A program made the translations under genes and the position numbers. The notes under the pieces are model-generated. The model did not search any database. It had not been told where the DNA came from and saw nothing but the letters and a program-made list of their open reading frames with translations. A stretch of DNA of 64,000 nucleotides from Schmidtea polychroa (lineage: Eukaryota), in assembly GCA_044892525.1 (NCBI GenBank), contig CM097885.1, forward strand, positions 234,796,001 to 234,860,000, given 5' to 3'. Shown here piece after piece: positions 13,401-27,149 of the stretch. Position 1 is the stretch's first letter. Each line of letters begins with the position of its first letter.

Positions 13401-14182
13401 CTGGAATATCGGGATTCCGGTATTGCGATCCCTATTTAAAATATTGATTTCGTCCTACTGGGAAATACTTTCGAAGTTTTCTTCATTGAATCTTAAATAT
13501 TTAGCATTTAACCATAATTCGGAAAACTTTTCTCAATACACATCATGTTTTGAGATGTGCCATTCTCCAAAATCTTCATTAAACCCTGTAGAAAGGATTG
13601 ACTTTTTTATATTTTCGTTAGAAATATTATTCCATGAATCAAATGCCCAACTTCTCACAACTTCGTTTTTTGGTAGTTTCGGATTACCACACTTCGTATA
13701 TTCCATTTGATCACAATTTTTCCATGTATTTATGATCTTTAAATGTTTTAAATATTCCGATATCACCTCTGCTTGCAAAATAAGTTGTCATTTCGCCCGG
13801 TATAATAATTAACTCAATCTTCCTTTTTCTGCAATGTTCTTTTAGCTTTTGTGAAACATGCACTCTACATGAATCCCAAACTATGCATTTCCCCGTTGAA
13901 GCGTCAATTAAAGGAAATATTGTACCGATCCAAGAAATGATCAAATTTAAAGTTTTAGCAAATTAAAACAATGCAGTTAAAGAAATTGAACACTTGTTAA
14001 ACATATTACATTAAACATATTTGTATTTAAAAATAATTTCATAATGCATAAACCAAATTTCTAATTTGCTTGGGTAAATTTTTTAGTAAATTTTTATAGT
14101 ATCACTAAAAATTAATTTTATAATGATAGTATTTGGATTGGTGATAGTATTTGGATTAGTGATACTGTTCGGAGTTTTCCGT
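10456..14182 (-). mobile_element. pogo-like (DDE_1) DNA transposon hosting a nested hAT
   Basis: TA|ACGGAAAACTCCAAATAGTATCA ... TGATACTGTTCGGAGTTTTCCGT|TA; transposase remnant 13443-13950: CIVWDSCRVH...IIIPGEMT...DIGIFKTFKD...YTKCGNPKLP...WAFDSWNNIS.ENIKKS...GF. Confidence 0.88.
10589..13434 (-). mobile_element. Near full-length hAT transposon (BED finger + transposase, frameshifted)
   Basis: TIRs TAGAGATTGCAA / TTGCGATCCCTA; perfect 8-bp TSD TTTAAAAT (10581-10588, 13435-13442); SVWFYF...CKQC...H...H BED finger; FDEW, TTDGASVM, CFAHGIQL, PRWNS, SVESERAFS. Confidence 0.95.
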
Positions 14183-14301
14183 TATGTTTAATAATAAATA
14201 TTTATCAGTAAACTTTTTAAATTTAATTTTGACCAAAGTCTTTCTGTCAGAATACAATAAATCGATATAATTTGTGGTTATTTTAAGAATTTTATTGATA
14301 T

Positions 14302-15199
14302 ACTACCAATAACACGCCAAAATGATGGAGCTTCTATTTATTTAATGCGAAATAAGTGGATAAAAAATGTTGAAATAATAAAACAATTGAATAAACAGTA
14401 TAAAACGAAGAGAAAATTTTAATGGATCTCTAGATGTTGGTGATAACGCCACCGAGTTAAAGCTACATATAGTTGGCCATGTCAGAAAACGTGTTCTGGT
14501 AAATAAACACCAACATGATCAAAAACTGGACTTAATGGTTATATCAAATTTCAATATTACAGGAAATAGACGACGATTTATTTTAGATGACATACAACTA
14601 TCACTCGGAACCAAATCAATTCGAGCAATGCAAACATCTTTAACACTATTACCTATTATAATTTCTGTTTTGATACAGTTTAGATGCAAACTATTAATAA
14701 TCAATCTTGTGCCATTGAATAATCCTTTTTCAGATTAAGATTTCTTAGCAACATTACAAATGCAACAACTTTCAGCTTCAATAAGTGTGAATGGCATTCA
14801 TGGTGAAAATAATGCATGACGGAATTCAATAGAGAAATCAATTGCATAATTTGGATCATCTGATAGCATAGAATCAATTCTCATATCATTAACAGTTTCA
14901 CCTGATATAAGTTCAAACATTTTGTGATTTAACGCCATTACATCAATATGTTTTGATATTAGAATGACTTTTTAGAGGAATGAAATATTATTTATTATTA
15001 ATATTTATATATTTTTTGATATTTACAATACTTTTTCAATAAGAAATATTGTAATTTAGAAACTGGAATTTATTCTACCTTTAATCATTTTGAGAATGAA
15101 AACGATTATTAAGATTTAAATAAATAAGCGAAAAATGTGTATTCAGAAAACCGTTACGAACAGACATACATTACACGCGGTCGAAATTATATATAAAGA
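14302..15199 (-). mobile_element. Internally deleted Helitron carrying PIF1-helicase remnant
   Basis: 5' terminus A|TCTTTATATATAAT at 15199; GLFNGTRLII...IARIDLVPSD...RRLFPV...TI and VGVYLPEHVF.HGQLYVA helicase motifs; 3' end degenerate and approximate. Confidence 0.8.
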
Positions 15200-15394
15200 T
15201 TTATTAATTCGAATCATATCTCAAATATCTCAATAATTATTTTTGGATGTATTTAAGCATAATTTACTTATTTAAAATAGAATTTATTAGGAAAAATGAA
15301 AATTTTTTAAAATTTCAGGTTCTTAAATTTTAAAAATTTTACAAATATATATATATATGTATTATAATATTAGTAAAAATAATTCTCAAATTAC

Positions 15395-15583
15395 AGTTTT
15401 ATATCTTTGTACGTCAATAGATTCCAATTGACTGAGCCGATTTAAATTCGTTCCAACTAATAATCTTAATTCTCTTCTTTCTTGTTCCCGTTTTTCCTTT
15501 TCCCTCGTATGGCCTTGATGTTGCATACGAACCCACAGTTTATTCATTTCAGAAAAATTCAATAAAATAAAATCAATACTATC
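15395..15583 (-). CDS. VPS35: VPS35 coding exon 5
   Basis: 189 nt; [67 protein letters not shown] bounded, phase 0/0. Confidence 0.95.
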
Positions 15584-15802
15584 CTAAAAAAAACGAAGTT
15601 AAACACAATCGAATAAGAGGGGGGAAATCTATTGTATAGTTGCAATTCATTACTTTTTACACAATGATGAATTACATAAATAATAATATAATATATTTTA
15701 GTTCCAACAGATTTTGAAGAATAAATTATCGTAAATTTTAAGTACTTTATTGAATTTTTTGCGAACCTCACCGGTGTTCTTGAATATCAAATATTTTAAA
15801 TA

Positions 15803-16823
15803 AATAAATCCTTCGATTTACGCAGTAGATACGTTCCAAGAAACTAACGCGCAAATCGAAACCACATTAATCGAGACTTCAAATTCATACAAAAATGATA
15901 GATAGGTTCCAGAAAATAAAAATCTGCGTAAATCGAGACTTAGAGTTCATATAAAGTAAGGGGGTAGGTTCTAAAAACTCGCGTAAAACGAGGCATAAAA
16001 AATACAGTTTTAATTAGAAATAGATTTAAAAAATCGATATTTAAATTTTAAATTGTAAAATTTATAACATGTTCATAGTTAAAAGATATATTAAAAGGAA
16101 TAATTCTAATTTATTTATTCCACCTCCTCACTACTATATTCTAATTCAACCAATTTTTTCTTTTTGGTTGGCTCGAAATCGCTACTATCATCGGATTCAA
16201 ATCCAGCAGTGTGCTCTTCTTCTAGTCTTATTAAATAGTCTGCAACCAATTTTTGTGTTTTTTCTTTTAAAATCTTTGTAAATCTCACTGTATTGCGCGC
16301 AAGGTTTTTAATGTCTCGCTGAAATTTAACAGCACGGTCAATATCAAGATCAGTGGCCAAAACCTTATTTTCTAAGTTACTGGCCAATTGTAAAATTTCA
16401 GAAATGTCTTTACACGTAAATTTATTTGGTTTATTAGTAATATCACTATCATCGCTACTTTCAACATTCTCTTGTTCGTTTCTTGACACCATATAAATTT
16501 TGAAATTTAATAACTTTATTATAGGAATTGTAAAAGTGAGAGAAAAATAATTAAACATACCAACACAAAACACATAATGAAAAATGCATGAAAAATTTCG
16601 GAATTAGGTGTATAAACAAGTAAAATCTTGAGCGAAACACATGCACTCCACAACACAATATTTGACGTACTGCACGCGTAATGGAGTGGGTTACAGACGT
16701 CTGGTCATTGAAATGTGAGTAATCTTATGCAATATATGCATTTGAGAGACAATTACCACCAAATATGTTTGATTTCATAAAAAAATATTATTTTTTATGA
16801 CCGCGTAATTCGAGGGAATGGTG
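15803..16823 (-). mobile_element. Tigger/pogo-like non-autonomous element in VPS35 intron 4
   Basis: TA-flanked degenerate 23-bp TIRs (..CCTTCGATTTACGCAG / CCGCGTAATTCGAGGG..); ORF 16115..16573 resembles a Tigger transposase C-tail (DLDIDRAVKFQRDIKN...KTQKLVADY). Confidence 0.7.
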
Positions 16824-17334
16824 TATGCACAATTTATTGATACCGAATTTACAACACAACTATAAAACACTGAAGGATGCTGTACATTTCAACAAGGACA
16901 ATACAGCTTTGGAATCCAAGTTCTAGTCAACAAAATAGTTTTCATCCTTTTAATTATTTTATTCATCAACTTTATTAACGCTATCACTTTTGATCATATT
17001 TTAGTAATTTATTTTTATTTAAACTACTTTTATATAAATATGAAAAAAATTCGGTTCAATTTTAGAATCAATAACAACTTCGAGGACGTGAATGAAATGA
17101 CAGTGAACAAATTTTAACTAATAAAGGAAGTAATTTTGATTTTGTTTAGATGTTTTAGATTTAGCTCAATAAGAATTCGTAAGTACTTTTAAATTCATTT
17201 TGACCTTGAATATGTTTTCTTTAATTTTCCTTTAAGATTTCAGAGTATTCAAGTAATAATTTATTATAAATTTATTTCGTTTAGATTCATTTCTTCTCAT
17301 AAAACAATAACAAAGTAAGCAGAAATTATCATTA

Positions 17335-17392
17335 TAATAAATATTAAAAAATGTAATTAATAATAATAAAATATAATTAATTATAAAAATAA

Positions 17393-17431
<39 letters not shown>

Positions 17432-17509
17432 ATAAAAATTTTAATAATAATATTAATAAATAATAAAATAAATAATAATAATGTTAAACAAGTAAATAAT
17501 AATAATAAT

Positions 17510-17568
<59 letters not shown>

Positions 17569-17840
17569 TAATAATAATACTGATAATAAATAATAAAAAT
17601 TATTAATAAAAATATTTATAATAACAAAATAAAAATTTTAATAATAAATATTAATAAATAATAAAAAATAAAATAAATAATAATAAATGAAAATATAAAA
17701 ATAAAATAATAATTATTATAAATATTAATAAATAATAATAAACAATAATAAAAAATAAATAATAATAATAATGTTAAACAAATAAAAAATAATAAAATAT
17801 AATTAATAATAAATAAAATAAATATTAATAATATTAAACA
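17335..17840. repeat. Degenerate (AAT)n / A-rich low-complexity array with internal duplications
   Basis: Almost only A/T; repeated sub-blocks AACAAAATAAAAATTTTAATAATAA and AATGTTAAACAA. Confidence 0.9.
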
Positions 17841-17963
17841 GTATCAAAATTTTTAGTAATAATCTGAATTCTCTGAAAAAAATGTTTATGATCTAATAAT
17901 TATACAAAATTGTTTGTTATAATCAGAAAAGAAAAAAAGTTGGAAGGGAAAATAAAAACTGAC

Positions 17964-18180
17964 TTGCGTTGTTCCCTGCTCAGATTCGGGTGAGCCTTGT
18001 TCAATATCTGTATCGGGTAAAAGGTCTACACGAAGACATTGTAGTAAATAATTTCGCAAGAATAATCCTCTCAAAGGATGTTGAACGCCACGTGTCATTT
18101 CAACAAGGTCGCGTAAAATATCCTTCCTTGACAATTCATTGCATTTAATATAAACAACTCCAACGGTGATAAGCAAATAC
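17964..18180 (-). CDS. VPS35: VPS35 coding exon 4
   Basis: 217 nt; [12 protein letters not shown]...[25 protein letters not shown]...EQGTTQ; overlaps ORF 17886..18176; donor GTCAGT. Confidence 0.93.
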
Positions 18181-18630
18181 CTAAGAAAACCAAATAAGCT
18201 GACTGTTTAATTATTATAAAATTCCATAATTAAAATTGATATTCTGGAGAAATTAGTATTAAATTATATTGAAAATTAGTTTTCGGAATAATTTAATTAT
18301 GTTAAATACGAATTAAACAAAAATTAAACAAAATCAATTTCAAATACAAATTAACTTAACCAATTATGAAATTAGGCGGATTTAAAGAGATTCACAAGGC
18401 CATAATAATAAAGTATGCTAAGAAAATTAAATTATCATAATGAATGAAAAATTTGAAACTGTGATCATGAGAGAATAGAATATGTTTAATTTCAGATATT
18501 AGATGACTTAGTTCCAAATTAGTGTTCACATGCATAAAATTATTAATAATCATAATAAGTAATATATTTGTCCATAAGATAATTTTAATCAAATAATTGG
18601 ATATTAAATAAATAATAAAAATATACTAAC

Positions 18631-18754
18631 AATCTTGGAACTATATTTCCCGCATATTGCACTAATTCATAAAGGTCGCTTACTTTTCGACCTTTTTGAA
18701 ATTCTTCCAATAAATAACTTTCTAGATGACGCAATTCGTCCGTTATAGCCATAT
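18631..18754 (-). CDS. VPS35: VPS35 coding exon 3
   Basis: 124 nt; (Y)[40 protein letters not shown](L); begins the conserved PRLYL motif; phases join correctly. Confidence 0.95.
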
Positions 18755-18798
18755 CTTAAGAATATAAAGTTTAATTAAAAATTTGCATAATATATTAC

Positions 18799-18895
18799 AT
18801 AGTTCGTAGTAAGATTTTGGAGACAATTGATGGGCTCTCAATTCACCAAGCATATTGGTCGCGTGTTTTAAACCATCCATAAGCTTACTTTTATC
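18799..18895 (-). CDS. VPS35: VPS35 coding exon 2
   Basis: AG/GT bounded, 97 nt; [32 protein letters not shown](Y); preceded and followed by 44-nt introns. Confidence 0.95.
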
Positions 18896-18939
18896 CTGCA
18901 AAAAAAATTTACTATTTCACTGTAAAAATTTCTATTTAC

Positions 18940-19026
18940 TAGTGATCGCTTCATTTGAAAAGATTGCAACTTAACTTCAGTTAACGCTTCATCTAATAGC
19001 CTTTCTTGTTCATCTTGTGTTGCCAT
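18940..19026 (-). CDS. VPS35: VPS35 coding exon 1 (retromer cargo-recognition subunit)
   Basis: ATG at 19026; translates MATQDEQERLLDEALTEVKLQSFQMKRSL (cf. VPS35 N-terminus QDEQEKLLDEA...VKVQSFQMKRCL); GT donor at 18939-18938. Confidence 0.95.
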
Positions 19027-19689
19027 TTAATATTAAAATCTGAACATGTTTACAAAAATTATAATATATTTAAAAATTTGACATGTACTTGGCTTCCGAA
19101 TATAATAATAAATAAATTTGATATAGCGCTGATTTAATAAATTATATACAATCAAATAAACAATTTTATAATTATTAAAATTTTAAATCCGATATTATTT
19201 TAAAGTACAAATTCTTAGTTACGATTTAAATTAAAGAAAAATATTACTTATTATTTTTGAAAATATAAATACATATAACGCTATGTTAAGACTTTATTTA
19301 ATTTAGTGAATTCATACATTAAAGAAGTTTTTCATTTTTATCATTGTATTGTCTATTAAAAATTCCTGGAACGATTCCAGCTGAAATTTGTTTAGTAAAT
19401 CTAGAATCTAAATAAACTCTATTTACAAGCATTTGTTGGCATTAAAATAAATGGTGCTTCAGTAAAGAATATATTTGGTCTTTTGTTAAAAATAAGTCAT
19501 GATTAGTTCACGGAATCCATTTGAAAGTAATAAAGATTCTTTCCAAAAAAATAATCACACCCCATGAATCATGAAATACAGGCTTTTCTAGCACCACTAG
19601 AAAGAATATGAAAATGAACAAAATAAAAGGTATAACCATAACATTTGAAAAACTTGTCAAAAAGTAATTTGACAATTACCGACATATGT

Positions 19690-20690
19690 AAATCCAATAA
19701 TGGAAAAAAGTTGTAAAGTAGTGAAAATATTTCGCAAATCACCTACAAAAAAAACGATATACTACAGAAATATGTTACATCACACTATGTAAAATATGTT
19801 AGACAGGTTTCACGAAATCCGTGATTGCACATGGAAAGTGTTATTTGATTGCAATGGAGGCTTTTGACGTGAAAATATGAATTTGTTATCAACTGATGTA
19901 TAAATATATCTTGCATATAAATCAAAGAACTGTTTATTCCTGAAAGAGGAAGGAAGGAGTTGTTAATGATGTTGAAGAAATGAAAACCAAATTTATTAAT
20001 GACCAACATACACATCAACTTACCTCAAGACGAATACAAATTTTTATCAATGAAAGAAAGATTGGACTACAAAATTGACTACTTCAGCTCTGAACACAGC
20101 CAAAGCCCTGAAGAAACATTTCAGTTCTTATAAAAGTCTCTTGATGACAGTATTTTGGCAAAATGTGTTAACAAATATTAACAATATAAACGTAGTTATT
20201 CAAAGGGAAGCAATATCGCTTGATGTCGAAATCGCATTTATTAATGATTTAATTCAGAAATGCAATATTTGCATGACTGATGGGGAACTATTTTTCCAGA
20301 AGCCAAATTAGTTGCTGAAAGCGATAGAACTGCAACCACATTTTTCGCAAACTATAAGTAAAATTACGGAAAATGAAGAACATTTTAGAGTGTTTGTATT
20401 TTTCCGGTGTAAGACTTTAATAATAAACAATATGAAGAAGTTGGGATTCGAAGAAGCAGATAAGATCTTTGAATTATTTTCTCCAATTTTGAATTTTCAA
20501 AACACGAATGACAATCAAATCATCGAATAGACTACAAAATTGGTAAATTTTTACGAAAACCATTTAACGGATAATTTAATAGAAGACGTTTTCAAATTAA
20601 AAACTATTTATAAAACATTATCTTTCTCTGAAAAATCTCCGATCAAGCTGTTAAATATGATTTATGAAAAAAGGTACCAGAGTTCGGCTT
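19690..20690 (+). mobile_element. Decayed hAT transposase fragments (Ac-like piece then ZMYM1-like piece)
   Basis: KVVKIFRKSPTK.NDILQKYV at ~19715-19777; AKALKKHFSSYKSLLMTVFWQNVLTNINNINVVIQ and FRVFVF in ORFs 20075-20806. Confidence 0.7.
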
Positions 20691-23391
20691 TGAAAGTGAG
20701 GGCCATGATTTTAAGAATACAATTTTTATCAAAATCAACTAAGTATGGTAATAACATTGGTTCACTTTTACGGTTTACACATATTTCACACAACTGGAAT
20801 TCCTGACGAATTTTCTAAATTGTTTCCATTTATTGGCTTTGAAAAGAACATTTCATCGTAATTATTCATTTAGCTATAAAAAAACACAATTCCAAAATTG
20901 TCTAAGAATAAGACCAATTCTTCAAATATTAATTAATATCGCAGAAAATCCAGAATATTTATTTTTCGAATAATCAAACAAACTTGCAAAAACACTAAGT
21001 TTATTTTTAATTTAATCTTTTAATTTAATATTTTTTAAAAAGAATCAAGCTGCTTTTGGGAAATTGACTCAAAATTTGAATCAACTCTCCATTAAATCAC
21101 ACGAGAGCCAAAGGCGTAAACTGATCAAATTTGGTGTTATTGTGAAATTCAATATATTGGATGGTTCCCCTTGAAGGATTTACCAAATATACCAAAAGGA
21201 TACGATCTTGAAGAAAGAGACATGAAATTCATTGCTGAATCAATTCCGAGACTTAAAACATTTCTTTCATTATATTTTAGTCAAATCCAAATGTAATGAA
21301 GTATAAAATAGCAGCAATTTAAACGTTGTTCAAATATTGTTTGTAAAAATAAAATTTAATTTAATTAATTTAAAATAAAGTGTTTTTTCGTTTTCGTATA
21401 ATTAACACGTACACGCCGGCGTGGATCACCGGTGGATCACAATAACACCAATGAGTTGCTCGAAAAACAATATAGTATTTTAAAAGATTACATCAATACT
21501 TTATTAGGAGGTAGAAAATTTGAAAAGATAAATTGCCCAAAATATATATTCACTAAATGCAGCAAAACCGAGAACGACTTAGCCAAGCCCAACCGAAATT
21601 ATATTTGATAAGAAAGTTAACAGATCCTAATGGCACAGAAATAGCAGAGTGAATACAGATACATATTAAAGAAAAAAAAAGTTAAAGCAATAAGAAACTC
21701 CAAAGTAACTTATACAACATTAATAAAACGAAAACTTCGAAATTAAAACCAAGAAAGGAACACAATAGTAAAGATAAAAGATAAAAGGAACAATATTAAG
21801 ATGAAAGAATTTAAGAGGATAATTAAGTTAAAAAAATTTCAATATAAAATTTCGAAATTTGATAAATTTAAAATTAATTAATTATTAAAAATGCAATTTT
21901 AAAAGTGTTGAGAAGTTTATTTAAGATTAAAAAATGTTGAAGTTCAAAATAGAAATTTTCATCAAATTTATATTGAAAATAGTTTACTGAATTTGAGGCA
22001 CAGCTAGTTGATAATATTGAAATTTATTGTTAAGCATTATTTTAGTCATAAAGTTTCTCTTAAATACTGCCCCAAACCCCATGAGACTTTGATAACTTTA
22101 AATTAATCGAAAAAACAAAATAAGCCTCATGAGACTAAGAATAGGATATGAAGTTTTGGAAGTGAATAAGTGGTATCTCATATGAAGCCATTTGAGTACA
22201 GAATTTAAGGAAAACCTAATGTGAGGCCCATGGCGCTAAACAGGTTAGTCTCAGAAAATTTGCTTATTAAAATAAATCTTAATTAAAAAATCTAATTATA
22301 ATTGACACAAGACAATATTGAAATATTCGTAATTAAAAAAATCGGATAAATATAACGTCTAGAAAATCATTGAAATTAGTTGAAATGATTTGTTTGTTTT
22401 AATTATCTTTATTAACAGAAAATTAAGTGGAGTTTATATTTTATAAGATACATATAAGAAAACAAGCATTAAAACAATTTTTAATGTTAACAAATTTTGA
22501 AACTTGATATTTATCATCCCTATAATCATCTCCCAATTGTCTACTTTTAAAACTCGTTATTTGATAAAAAAAATACAAAAAAGAAATGTATTGTATTATA
22601 AATTTCCAAGTCAAATAGATCTCTATGCACTATTTTTGTTTCATAATCATCAAAATAAGCCGACAGTTTATTATCGAAAGTCAAAAAGACAATTGAATAC
22701 AAAAATAAAATATGTATATATACACAAAAACATATCAGAAAACGGTTCGACAATAAAATGAATGAAAATTTAAATACAAGCACGAAGTACTACAACCAGT
22801 TTTTGTTTAAACAATCAAATATGTTCAAATATTTCCATTAAAAAATATCACAAGCAGTGGAAAATCCACGCCTCTACATGCAATTTACTAAAATAAAATA
22901 CCACTAATATTCTCATTGAAACTCGATTGTAAAGTTGTACATTTTTCTTAGAAAATCAAAAAGGTTTACTGTTTCATTAACATTGAAATCACATATCTTT
23001 ATAAATTTTGTAAACGACTGGTTCTGAGAGTTGTCTTAAATAAAAATAACATTAAAATAATAATAAAACTTGAAACAATTCTAATCAAAGTTCATGAAAT
23101 ATATGGTACAGTAACCGTCCGAGTGTCAGACCGCACTTCTTCTGTTCACAGCCTAAAAGTGCAGTGGCGTTAAAACTGATGAAAATGTATAGTTTTCTAT
23201 TTTGAAGTGATAAACATTAGATAAACATTTGACAAAAAAACATTTGAGATTTTAAAACTTAATTTATTGTCATTACTTTTAAAATGAAAATTACTTAACA
23301 TAAATTGAGGCAATTTGGTTGAATGGTGGATTATCATGAGAAATTCTGTCAAATAGTAAAAATAATTAAGAAAGAACTGGTAACTCTAGAT

Positions 23392-23709
23392 CAGTGCTTC
23401 TCATCTGGGACCCTAGGACCCCAGTTGGGGCAATTTGACTTTTCATTGGGGCAATTTTGAAATTAATGAATTTTTAAAATTTGATAAATCATAATTTTTC
23501 TCAAGTATATATGTCGCATTTTATGTATATTATGATAGAAACAATTTCTTAACACGGCAGATATAGTTATAATCAAGATCTATAAGGAAATTTGAAATTT
23601 TTAAGTAAGGGCTTGTAAAATAATTTGTTAATTAATTCAAAAACTGGAGCAATTTGACTTTTAAACTCTATTGTTGGGGACATAGAGCATAACATGATGA
23701 GAAGCACTG
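23392..23709. mobile_element. hAT (Buster-type) MITE
   Basis: TIR CAGTGCTTCTCATC / GATGAGAAGCACTG; flanks CTCTAGAT / CTTTATAT (nnnTAnnn, 6/8 match). Confidence 0.85.
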
Positions 23710-24326
23710 CTTTATATCATACTAATAATCTCTAACAAAGGTACGAAATAATATTAAATATTTGTTGATAAAATGGAAACTTTCAAGAGAAGTTTTCAGG
23801 TAAAAAAATACTTAAAATGGGCTCTGGAAAATCGAATAAGATTTCCACCAGAAATTTTTGTCCGTTTGCGGCAAAAGGATTATTAAAAATTTTTAATTAT
23901 ATTTATAAATTTCAATGATTTACGAAAAATATGGGATATATAAAAGTTTTAGAAAAATACATTTAATTTTAATGAAATAAACGAAATATAGAATTACAAT
24001 TTCCAATGAGGTCTGCAAAATGTTTTAAGTCGCTTGTCGGTCCGTTAGTAATAAACAACATTTAAAGTTTTTTCTGAGATAATTGCCGGATAATCCTTTG
24101 TGATTTTGTGGGGAATATATACTCTGCATTTCATAAATATCTATCAACGTAGGCCCAGAATTATTTAATAGGACCCTTTCCAATTTATGTATTTAGAACC
24201 CTCATATACATTGAGTGGCAATCAAAAATATATTAAAAACATGTTGGATTTTTAAAAATTTAATTAATACAAATGGGAAATCAAAAATCATTATTTTTCA
24301 GAAGGACAAGCGGAAACACTGACGGT

Positions 24327-24956
24327 CAGGGGTAGAAAAAAAAATGGTAAATAATTGCCGGAAAATCCTTTATGATTTTGTGGGGAATAGATACTTTGCA
24401 TTTCACAAATATCTATCAAATTAGGCTCAGAATTGTCTTCATTTATTTTTCTACAGTATATATATATATTATTGCACAAAAAACTGATAAATTCAAATTT
24501 AACACACTATGCTATATATATGCATAATTAATTAATTAATGTAGAGTCCATACGCCTTGTTCGTTTGCAGAAACATCATCATTGTGACCGTTTCTTACCC
24601 TTGTTTCTGTTGCTAACCTGTGATTCTGGTTCATCCAAGTAACAAAAGGAATGGCATCGAAATTTGCAATTGGTTTCCCCAATAAATTTAGTGTCAATAG
24701 ATTGGATATATGTTCTACAGTAAGGCTAGTTCTTAATTTTGATGCAATTAAATTCATAATGCTAAAACCTCTTTCAGCTTCTGAATGTTTGCGAGTGCGT
24801 GGCACATCGACGCGATGTGCATATTTTGATTAAATATACTATTAAAATGGCTTATTTTTTGGTTTTAGGGGTAATATAACAAGTGGTTCCCGAGTTTCAT
24901 AAAATTTAACAACCGGCTCACGCAAGCTGAACCTAGCCGGCTCCAGCCCACCTCTG
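24327..24956 (-). mobile_element. Internally deleted hAT element
   Basis: Perfect 8-bp TSD CTGACGGT (24319-24326, 24957-24964); ends CAGGGGTAG / CCACCTCTG; dimerisation-domain remnant SEAERGFSIMNLIASKLRTSLTVEHISNLL. Confidence 0.85.
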
Positions 24957-26386
24957 CTGACGGTCCTTCTTAAAGTAAGAGCGTATAAAATCATTCTGAT
25001 GTAAAAAACATCTCAGAAATAATCAGAGATTAGGAAATCTTAATCGGTGAAATCTTTAAATCTACATTCATAACTATAGAACATTATATAATGTGAAACT
25101 TGCGGTTCTGTAAACGGATGTCTAAAAATATGTATCTAGAAATCAATTCTCAAGATGAGTCAAAACCTGTCATTCCTTAACTCAACATTCTTACAATCCA
25201 ATTTTCTCAATTATTTGACAATCTTTTTTGTAAAATGTAAATATATTCTATTAACAACGCAAGTAAACATTCCAAAAATCTCGGTCAATAACCAAGATCT
25301 TTATATTACAAAAACAGTACAAGTTATGAATTTATATAAATTTATAAACATTTTGACATTATTTTATGATTATACTAAATTGGTGACATTAATCATGTAA
25401 AGCTTTTAGTTTTATTATTAATTTTTTTTATTTAATGAAAGAACCCGTAATATACCCTAGGGCCAAATGACAGATCTTCGTCAACATTCTATATTTTTAG
25501 AAAGATGTTTCATTGTGTATTTATGTACAGTATTTTCACAACAATCCAGCGCAAGCCCATTATAACCGTGGGTTTCTGTCCTTCGAACAAAAGTTATTGA
25601 CTACAGTGCGTGTACAGATAGACACCATGTCGCAGAAAATGATAGCATGTATAAAAAGAAATAAAAATGTTTTTGTTTTTGTGATTTGGGTTCTTAATCA
25701 ACAAACTGGACAGGTACTACAATACAAACATACAAACCACAAGTTTGATCCGAAATTGAAGGACCAGCACCGAATCCTATACAAGGTGATTCAGTTTTTT
25801 TTATTATATGTCAAAAATAATAATCTTTCATTATATATTAAGAAGATAGTCATATATATCCTGTAAAATAAAATAAAAAATTAATATCATTAGGTCCAAT
25901 ATAAATAAAAGATTCAAAACAAAATTAATACAGACGAGTATAAAGTATAAAAAAATCTACGATGTCAAATTAAATTGAAAAAATTATCTATTAGTCTACG
26001 CAGGATGGGTACGCGGTATTGTCGTGAAAATAGGGTACGCTCTGAGAATATTGCTTCATTTAACTACTTCACGGAAATCGACTCTATTCACACAATATTT
26101 CGAAAAATATTATCTGAAAATTTTTTATAACATTCCAAATTTTAGAAGAATACAATAAATGATGAAGAGTTTCGACAAATTTTCATCAAAAACGTTTATC
26201 TAATATATCAACCTTATCATAACCTACGAAGTTGAATTTCTTTTGAAAATAATACAACTTTATTTATGAAATATCTGGGAACCCAAACTCGGCCCTATCC
26301 GGAATCATAACACTATTTTGAAGTTATCATACATGTTCATTATAGTTTTAAATTTTTTCAAAATAAAGTAATGTATAATATTATAT

Positions 26387-26562
<176 letters not shown>

Positions 26563-27149
26563 ATGATATGTGATATATTAAAAATAAAACAAGATAATTG
26601 TTGCGCCAAGTAATCAGACACTGATTTTTCTCTCCTCACAAACGAGAAACATTTCACGACAATAAATAAATTGTATTATTATAAACAAAAGTCTGAGAAG
26701 TAAATTTTTAATAAGAATTTAGCGATGTAATTCACAATTTGATATCTGTGTTGAGGAATTACAAAATGTGTAAAATTTAATTAATAAAATTCAAAATTTT
26801 CTATTTTTGGGAGGAGTGAAAATATGTAATAAACAAAAAGATAATAACTAATATAATTTCGAATAAATAGGGGACTCCATAACTAATAAATAAATTAATT
26901 AAAAAATTGTTTACCCAATTAATTAAAAGAAGCGTATAAACCAATTTTTTAGTTTGATAGCAGTATTGAAACTGGGGGAAATTTTAAGTAAGATTTTCTT
27001 TAGTTTTCTATGAGTTTCAAAGATGACAACTTGAGAAAATTAATGAGTTAACAATTTTAATCAAATTTGGTAAAATAAATTTGAGTTTATCGGTTTTCTT
27101 GTTTTCCCCACATATAACATATTTCCTTATAATCACAAATTCTTAAAAT

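Noticed and set aside
25513..25866. 117-aa ORF (and 22504/22547, 46000, 60256 ORFs)
   Set aside because: No recognisable motifs or exon structure; consistent with chance or decayed repeats.
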